Of a stretch of 24,000 nt of DNA, positions 16,662 to 24,000 are shown piece by piece (the first letter of the stretch is position 1; the number at the start of each line of letters is the position of its first letter). Origin of the DNA: Candidatus Woesearchaeota archaeon (GTDB taxonomy: Archaea > Nanobdellota > Nanobdellia > Woesearchaeales > GW2011-AR9); NCBI GenBank assembly GCA_018696595.1, contig JABHQW010000002.1, positions 74,128-98,127 on the forward strand. Reading direction: 5' to 3'. Below the pieces are notes generated by a model, which made no database searches, was not told the origin of the DNA, and worked only from the letters and a program-made list of their open reading frames with translations. The position numbers and the translations under genes were made by a program.

Positions 16662-16949
16662 ATGGCAAAGAAAAAAGAAATTAATGAAGAAATTAAATTA
16701 CTGAAAGCTAAAGTTCAAGAGGATAAAGCAATTATTGGGACTGATAGAGTAGTCAAAGAGTTAAGAAAGAAAAGCCTTAGTAAGGTGTTTTTGTCCAGTA
16801 ATTGTCCTGATAACACTAAAAGTGATATTCAACATTACGCTGATTTAGTGAAGGTTCCAGTTGTTCAATTAGATTTGAATAACGAAGAACTAGGAGTTGT
16901 TTGTAAAAAAGAATTCTTCATCTCTGTTTTAGGTATTAGCGGAGAATAA
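16662..16949 (+). CDS. rpl30e: Ribosomal protein L30e (L7Ae/L30e family)
   Basis: 95 aa, 'LRKKSLSKVFLSSNCPDNTKSDIQHYADLVKVPVVQLDLNNEELGVVCKKEFFISVLGI', conserved position between rpoA2 and nusA. Confidence 0.85.
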   Translation: MAKKKEINEEIKLLKAKVQEDKAIIGTDRVVKELRKKSLSKVFLSSNCPDNTKSDIQHYADLVKVPVVQLDLNNEELGVVCKKEFFISVLGISGE

Positions 16950-16950
16950 A

Positions 16951-17367
16951 TTGGTAAGGTTAAAACTCGATCAGGAAACTTTGGGGTTATCTTTACTTAT
17001 GGAAAGAATTTCTGGTGTTAGGGTTAAAGATTGTTTTAGGGACGAAGATGTGCTTTATTTTGTTGTTTCTCCTGGTTATTTGGGGAAGGCAATTGGTAAG
17101 GGTGGAGCAAATATTAAAAAGATTCAAACCGAACTTGGTAAGAAAATCAGAATTATTGAGTTTCGGGATAATATGATAGATTTTGTTAAAAATGTCATTT
17201 ATCCTTTAAAGGTGGCGGAAGTTGTTGAGGAAGAAAATATTGTTTATATTAAAGATCCTAATAAAAAAACAAAAAGTTTATTAATAGGACGGGATGGAAA
17301 GAATCTAAAATTAATAAATAGGGCTGTCAAACGCTTTTTTAGTGTTGATGATGTCAAAGTTATATAA
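16951..17367 (+). CDS. nusA: NusA-like transcription factor (KH domains)
   Basis: 138 aa, 'FVVSPGYLGKAIGKGGANIKKIQTELGKKIRIIEF' and 'SLLIGRDGKNLKLINRAVKRFF'. Confidence 0.92.
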   Translation: MVRLKLDQETLGLSLLMERISGVRVKDCFRDEDVLYFVVSPGYLGKAIGKGGANIKKIQTELGKKIRIIEFRDNMIDFVKNVIYPLKVAEVVEEENIVYIKDPNKKTKSLLIGRDGKNLKLINRAVKRFFSVDDVKVI

Positions 17368-17376
17368 AAATAAAAA

Positions 17377-17796
17377 ATGGCTAACAAATCAAGAGGATTA
17401 GGAGCTGCAAAGAAATTGCAGAAAAGAAGGAAGACTTACAAATTGGCTAGAAGGTCAATCTTAAAAAAGAAATCAGATCCCTTAGCAGGAGCTTCTCAAG
17501 CAAAAGCTATTGTATTAGAAAAAATTCAAATTGAAGCTAAGCAGCCAAACTCAGCTATGCGTAAGTGTGCTAGAGTTCAATTAGTAAAAAATGGTAAACA
17601 AGTAACTGCTTTTATGCCAGGAGATGGCGCTCAGAAGCTAATTAACGAACACGATGAAGTTATTGTTGAGTGTATTGGTGGAAAGATGGGAAGAGCAAAA
17701 GGTGATATCCCAGGAGTTAGATGGCAAGTTCTTAAGGTTAATGATCAAAGTCTAAATGCTTTATTAAAAGGTAAGTTAGAGAAAGCAAGAAGGTAA
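17377..17796 (+). CDS. rps12: Ribosomal protein S12 (uS12)
   Basis: '[31 protein letters not shown]', '[21 protein letters not shown]'. Confidence 0.96.
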   Translation: MANKSRGLGAAKKLQKRRKTYKLARRSILKKKSDPLAGASQAKAIVLEKIQIEAKQPNSAMRKCARVQLVKNGKQVTAFMPGDGAQKLINEHDEVIVECIGGKMGRAKGDIPGVRWQVLKVNDQSLNALLKGKLEKARR

Positions 17797-17803
17797 ACAT
17801 AAA

Positions 17804-18406
17804 ATGAGTGACGAAATTAAATTTTTCAATCGATGGACTGCAGAAGGAGTTAAAGTAGAAGATCCTGGTTTGATTAATTACATTACTTTAAGTCCAAGAA
17901 TCATGCCAAAAACAGGTGCAAGATATGCAGGAGCAAGATTTCATAAATCTTATACTTTTATTGTTGAACGGTTAGCTAGTAAGTTAATGGTTTCTGGTCA
18001 TAAAAGTAAGAAACACTTTATGAGTTCTGGCCACAATACGGGTAAGAAAAATAAAGTTCTAAAAGTAATTGAAAACGCATTAGCAAAATGTGAATTACAG
18101 TTGAAGAAAAATCCTTTGGCTATTTTAGTAAAAGCAATTGAAAACGCTGCTCCTCGTGAAGAAGTTATCGCGATTGAGTATGGTGGTGCTCGTTATCCTA
18201 AAGCGGTTGATGTTGCTCCTCAAAGAAGAATTGACATTGCTTTGAGATACATGGCTCAGGGAGCTTACACTAAATCTTTTAATAAGAAAAAGAAAATTGA
18301 AGAAGCTTTAGCTGAAGAGCTTATTGCGGCTTACCAAAGTTCTGGAAAGAGTAATGCAGTTGCTAAGAAACGTGATACTGAAAGACAAGCTGCTAGTAGT
18401 AAGTAG
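17804..18406 (+). CDS. rps7: Ribosomal protein S7 (uS7)
   Basis: 'KLMVSGHKSKKHFMSSGHNTGKKNKVLKVIENAL', 'GGARYPKAVDVAPQRRIDIALRYMAQGAYTKSF'. Confidence 0.95.
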   Translation: MSDEIKFFNRWTAEGVKVEDPGLINYITLSPRIMPKTGARYAGARFHKSYTFIVERLASKLMVSGHKSKKHFMSSGHNTGKKNKVLKVIENALAKCELQLKKNPLAILVKAIENAAPREEVIAIEYGGARYPKAVDVAPQRRIDIALRYMAQGAYTKSFNKKKKIEEALAEELIAAYQSSGKSNAVAKKRDTERQAASSK

Positions 18407-18415
18407 ATTTACAAA

Positions 18416-18430
18416 AACTTTTTATATTTC
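18416..18430 (+). promoter_or_regulatory. Putative TATA element for 18448 CDS (leaderless spacing)
   Basis: AACTTTTTATATTTC, about 25 nt before ATG 18448. Confidence 0.5.
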
Positions 18431-18447
18431 TTATCTTTTCTTTTATT

Positions 18448-18948
18448 ATGACATACGAACCACATCATTGTTTGAACTTTAGAATTAATGATCATAATGT
18501 TGATTACTTTGTTGAAGCTTTTTCTAAAGAAGAACAACCAACTCAACTTTTAGTTCCTTGCGATTATGATGGAAATGAAATTGTTGTTCCAGCTCCAAGT
18601 AGGCGGGTTGTAGAGGAAGAAATTTTCAAATATGATGTTCGTAAAAGATTGGGTGACGATAGTTTAGATGTTTCTTCAATTAAATGGCCCTTTGCTTGGA
18701 AAACAGGAAAAGTTAATGTTAGTGATCCAAATGATAGAAAACCAACCTTTATGGAATGGCATAAAGTTTATGGAAACTTATCAGAGTTGCGGTTTAGAGC
18801 TCATCCTGAAGAAATGTATCAATTCTCAGCAGAAGATCAAGGCAATTTAAGAAGAATGACTCGGTTAGAAAAACAAGTTATTTCTATTGAGATTGGTGGG
18901 ATTTCAAGAACTCTCGAGAATCCTCTTTTGCAATGTTTGAGATTTTAA
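18448..18948 (+). CDS. Hypothetical protein (166 aa)
   Basis: Full ORF with appropriately spaced upstream TATA. No recognised family. Confidence 0.7.
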   Translation: MTYEPHHCLNFRINDHNVDYFVEAFSKEEQPTQLLVPCDYDGNEIVVPAPSRRVVEEEIFKYDVRKRLGDDSLDVSSIKWPFAWKTGKVNVSDPNDRKPTFMEWHKVYGNLSELRFRAHPEEMYQFSAEDQGNLRRMTRLEKQVISIEIGGISRTLENPLLQCLRF

Positions 18949-18964
18949 TAATTTTATACTAAAA

Positions 18965-18978
18965 TCTTTTAAATATAC
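18965..18978 (+). promoter_or_regulatory. Putative TATA element for kae1 (leaderless spacing)
   Basis: AATCTTTTAAATATACA-type element centred ~25 nt upstream of ATG 18997. Confidence 0.5.
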
Positions 18979-18996
18979 ATTAGAATTACTTCTTTT

Positions 18997-19944
18997 ATGA
19001 ACATATTAGGTATAGAATCAACTGCACATACATTTGGTGTGGGAATTGTAACAGATGAGGGAAAAGTATTAGCGAATGCTGTTGATAGTTACACTTCTAA
19101 GGACATTGGGATGATTCCGCACGAGATGGCGGAGCATCATAATAAAGTGGCTGAGAAGCTCTTAAAACAGGCCTTGAAGGACGCTAATGTGTCTTGGGGC
19201 GATATTGAATTTATTGCTTATTCTGCTGGTCCTGGTTTAGATCCTGCATTATGGGCTGGGTATCATATTGCTAAGAAATGGGCTGAAGAGAATGGTAAAA
19301 AATTGGTGGGTGTAAATCACTGTGCAGCTCATTTGTCTATTGGAAAAGTGTGGAATAAACTGAAAGATCCTTGCTATCTTTATGTTTCTGGTGTAAATAC
19401 TCAAATTATTGCTTATGAAGCCGGAAAATATCGTGTGTTTGGAGAAACCTTAGATCTTGGTTTAGGAAATATGTTAGACAAGTTTGGTCGTATTTTAGGT
19501 TTGGGATTTCCTGCTGGTCCAAAAGTTGAGGAACTGGCTAAGAATGGGGGGTTTGTTGAATTACCTTACACTGTGAAAGGGATGGATTTTTCTTTTTCAG
19601 GAATTCTGACTAAAGCAGAACAATTATTGAAGAAGGGCATTTCTAAAGAAGATCTTTGTTTCTCTGTACAGGAAACTTGTTTTGCTATTCTTGCCGAAGC
19701 TACTGAAAGAGCAATGGCTTATATTGATAAAAAAGAATTGTTGTTAGTTGGTGGTGTAGGGGCTAATAAACGGTTTTGTGAAATGCTCGACATTATGTGC
19801 AAAGAACGGGGTGCTAAATTCTATAAAGTTCCAATGGATCTTGCTGGTGATCAAGGAGCAATGATTGCTTGGGAAGGTTTTCTTAGAAAAGATGAATCTT
19901 CTGATATAGAAGTTAATCCACATTGGCGGACTGATGAAGTTTAG
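18997..19944 (+). CDS. kae1: tRNA N6-threonylcarbamoyladenosine biosynthesis protein Kae1/TsaD
   Basis: 'ILGIESTAHTFGVGIV', 'GGFVELPYTVKGMDFSFSGIL', 'LLLVGGVGANKRFCEML', 'MDLAGDQGAMIAWEG'. Confidence 0.95.
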   Translation: MNILGIESTAHTFGVGIVTDEGKVLANAVDSYTSKDIGMIPHEMAEHHNKVAEKLLKQALKDANVSWGDIEFIAYSAGPGLDPALWAGYHIAKKWAEENGKKLVGVNHCAAHLSIGKVWNKLKDPCYLYVSGVNTQIIAYEAGKYRVFGETLDLGLGNMLDKFGRILGLGFPAGPKVEELAKNGGFVELPYTVKGMDFSFSGILTKAEQLLKKGISKEDLCFSVQETCFAILAEATERAMAYIDKKELLLVGGVGANKRFCEMLDIMCKERGAKFYKVPMDLAGDQGAMIAWEGFLRKDESSDIEVNPHWRTDEV

Positions 19945-19947
19945 AAA

Positions 19948-21024
19948 ATGGTTTTGTTAAAACCTACAGATTTAAATGATTCTCAAGATTTAGTTAGATT
20001 AATTGGTTTTTTTCTTGCTCGCAAAGGTAAAGCTAAAGATAACCATTTTGGTGCTGCTGCTCGAGAATTAGATGTAGTAGAAAATGCTTTAGCATTGATT
20101 TTAAGAAATTTTGATTGTGATATTTCTATTTCTAGTTATGCGGATAATTTGTTTCGTTTTAGATTTTATAACGATGATTTACAGGAAACTTATAATCATT
20201 ATACCAAAGAAGGAACAAGTTTACCCTGGGAATTGTTTTCTTCAACTGGTGATCAAGAAGAGTTATTTAAATGGTATTTCTCTAGAGTTGGTTCTGTTGC
20301 TGTTGAAGAGCAATCTGCGGGTGCAAATATAAGAACCCGGTTTATTTTTAGGAATAGTCCAAACCTGGGAGAAGATTTTGCTGTCTTGTTATTTAATTTA
20401 GGGATGTTACCTTACCATTCTGTTACAGGAGTAGAGATTTGTGATCATAGTGATTTAATAAAAGCTAAAGAACTTTGTTTTAATGCGAGAAAGAAAGTTT
20501 TTTTAGAAGATTTACTTAAAACGGTTTCCAATAAAACAGAAATGCCCCCTCAAATGGTCTTGTCAGTAATTGATCAAGTAAACTCTGGGATTATTTCGCG
20601 TAAGGAAGGACAAGAAATTCTTAAAGATTACAATGTTCCAGTTACTCGTTTAGATCAATGGCGTTTTATGGGGACGCGTCCTAATAATGTTAAAAGATAT
20701 CTTCACTTAAAAGAATTAAAAGAAACGGTCTATGAAAGAAATGAGGTTATTAAACTAAGAGGATACGTGCCAATAACACAGATTTTTAATATGTATCTTT
20801 CCGAAAGATATCTATCTGATGACTCAGTTGTAAAAGCCTGTCATTCACAATACCTCGTGGCTGTTCGCAATGCTTCAATTGATATTATTGAAATTGGTTC
20901 CAGTTCTTATGTTGCTAAAGAAGTGCAGAGAGATATTGGGGAGATTCTAGAAAAAAAATTATTTTGTCATAAAGAAAGAACATTTGATGAAGCTAAGGAA
21001 CTAACTGAAAAGCTTGGTTCTTAA
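19948..21024 (+). CDS. Protein with two degenerate LAGLIDADG-like motifs (putative domesticated homing-endonuclease fold, tentative)
   Basis: 'DLVRLIGFFLARKGKAKD...' and 'EELFKWYFSRVGSVAVEEQSAGANIRTRFIFRNSPNLGEDFAVLLFNLGMLPYH' resemble the LAGLIDADG motif and following beta-strand/helix. Acidic residues appear lost. Starts 3 nt after kae1 stop. Confidence 0.4.
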   Translation: MVLLKPTDLNDSQDLVRLIGFFLARKGKAKDNHFGAAARELDVVENALALILRNFDCDISISSYADNLFRFRFYNDDLQETYNHYTKEGTSLPWELFSSTGDQEELFKWYFSRVGSVAVEEQSAGANIRTRFIFRNSPNLGEDFAVLLFNLGMLPYHSVTGVEICDHSDLIKAKELCFNARKKVFLEDLLKTVSNKTEMPPQMVLSVIDQVNSGIISRKEGQEILKDYNVPVTRLDQWRFMGTRPNNVKRYLHLKELKETVYERNEVIKLRGYVPITQIFNMYLSERYLSDDSVVKACHSQYLVAVRNASIDIIEIGSSSYVAKEVQRDIGEILEKKLFCHKERTFDEAKELTEKLGS

Positions 21025-21047
21025 AATAAACTTCTACTCTAAAACCG

Positions 21048-21062
21048 ATATGTTTATAAAGC
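21048..21062 (+). promoter_or_regulatory. Putative BRE/TATA element upstream of gyrB
   Basis: ATATGTTTATAAAGC in the 112-nt intergenic region. Confidence 0.4.
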
Positions 21063-21127
21063 CTCCCTTCCTAATAATATTATCAATTTATCGACGTTAA
21101 AAGAGGATTAAAAAAGCTTATTTTTAA

Positions 21128-23164
<2,037 letters not shown>

Positions 23165-23258
23165 ATTGTTAATTTTCTTCCGAAAGCTTTTAATATAATT
23201 GTGCTATATAATAATAAAATAATATTATAAACATAAATTTGAGGGGTTCAATGAAAAA

Positions 23259-23495
23259 ATGGCTGGATATGACAAGGAATTAGATAAAGAATTATTTTCA
23301 GAAGTGGTTGAGTTCGAAAGGTGCAGAATCAATGTTGCAGTTTTCGCTTATAACGAAGGGGTAGCTAAGTTACAAATTACTCGAGAAAATAAGAATGCTG
23401 CAGGTGAGTTCTCTTTTGCTAAGTTAGGTAGAATGACAAAAGAAGAAGTTGAAGCAGTAATGCCTTTAATGGAAAAAGCTAAAGCAAGTCTTTAG
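23259..23495 (+). CDS. Small hypothetical protein (78 aa)
   Basis: Complete ORF with plausible amphipathic composition (ENKNAAGEFSFAKLGRMTKEEVEAVMPLMEKAKASL). Confidence 0.6.
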   Translation: MAGYDKELDKELFSEVVEFERCRINVAVFAYNEGVAKLQITRENKNAAGEFSFAKLGRMTKEEVEAVMPLMEKAKASL

Positions 23496-23529
23496 ATTTT
23501 TTAATTTTGTTTTTTTCTTATTTATTTTT

Positions 23530-24000
23530 CTAACTTTCTTCCCATTCTCTTTTGATCCAAGCATGTAAACAATGAATACATTTTTTATATCCTATTGTTT
23601 GTGCTTGTAATCCACTACTTTTGTAGTAAGTGTTACAATAAAAACTATAATCCACTAATATGTTACCATGAATCACATTTTCTTTACTTACTTTAACTTG
23701 TGCAAAAGTTAATAACTTTCTTTTAAAGCTTAAAGAATCATCTTTTTTATTTAGTAATATTCTTATTTCCACTCCTCTTTTCTTAGCTTTAGTTAATTCA
23801 ATCATTAGTTTTTCTAACCATTTCTTGTTCAAATAATGTATTGAAATGTTTTTTTCTGCTAAAGAAATTGTTCTACTCAGTAAATTTAATGTTCTTTTTG
23901 TTTCTACAAATAAATCTGATCCTATCTCAGAAGAAAGCTCATTCTCATTTTTGATTTTTGAAGCTAATTCTTCAATCACAAACTCACTTGCTTTTTTCAT
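23530..24000 (-). CDS. C-terminal part of a TrmB-like regulator / PLD-like domain protein (possibly truncated by window edge)
   Basis: 'SKIKNENELSSEIGSDLFVETKRTLNLLSRTISLAEKNISI...LEKLMIELTKAKKRGVEIRILLNKKD...HGNILVDYSFYCN' resembles the TrmB effector-domain layout. Confidence 0.4.
   Translation of the reverse strand: MKKASEFVIEELASKIKNENELSSEIGSDLFVETKRTLNLLSRTISLAEKNISIHYLNKKWLEKLMIELTKAKKRGVEIRILLNKKDDSLSFKRKLLTFAQVKVSKENVIHGNILVDYSFYCNTYYKSSGLQAQTIGYKKCIHCLHAWIKREWEES

Overview
The window reads as an AT-rich archaeal chromosome segment. Small genes, a split RNA polymerase, intron-dense tRNAs and a bacterial-type gyrB suggest a DPANN-like lineage, but that placement is inference. From left to right it contains: (1) a locus of transporter-like genes (about 1-6004) in which a voltage-sensor-like TM module, an APC-type permease module and a C-terminal class I methyltransferase-like module occur fused or separate; (2) an ADP/ATP-dependent NAD(P)H-hydrate dehydratase-like gene with a long Lys-rich tail; (3) a cluster of five tRNAs, Ile(UAU), Gly(GCC), Tyr(GUA), Asp(GUC) and Lys(UUU), in which I can fold seven introns, three of them at the same T-loop site (59/60) with a shared bulge-helix-bulge signature; (4) the operon rpoH-rpoB2-rpoB1-rpoA1-rpoA2-rpl30e-nusA-rps12-rps7; (5) kae1 followed 3 nt later by a protein with two degenerate LAGLIDADG-like motifs; (6) gyrB. 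The strongest candidates for something new are the sensor/permease/methyltransferase modular family and the double-intron tRNAs, including the split tRNA-Ile(UAU). No CRISPR array, transposase or phage module was seen. All family assignments are from recognition of the sequence, with no database search.
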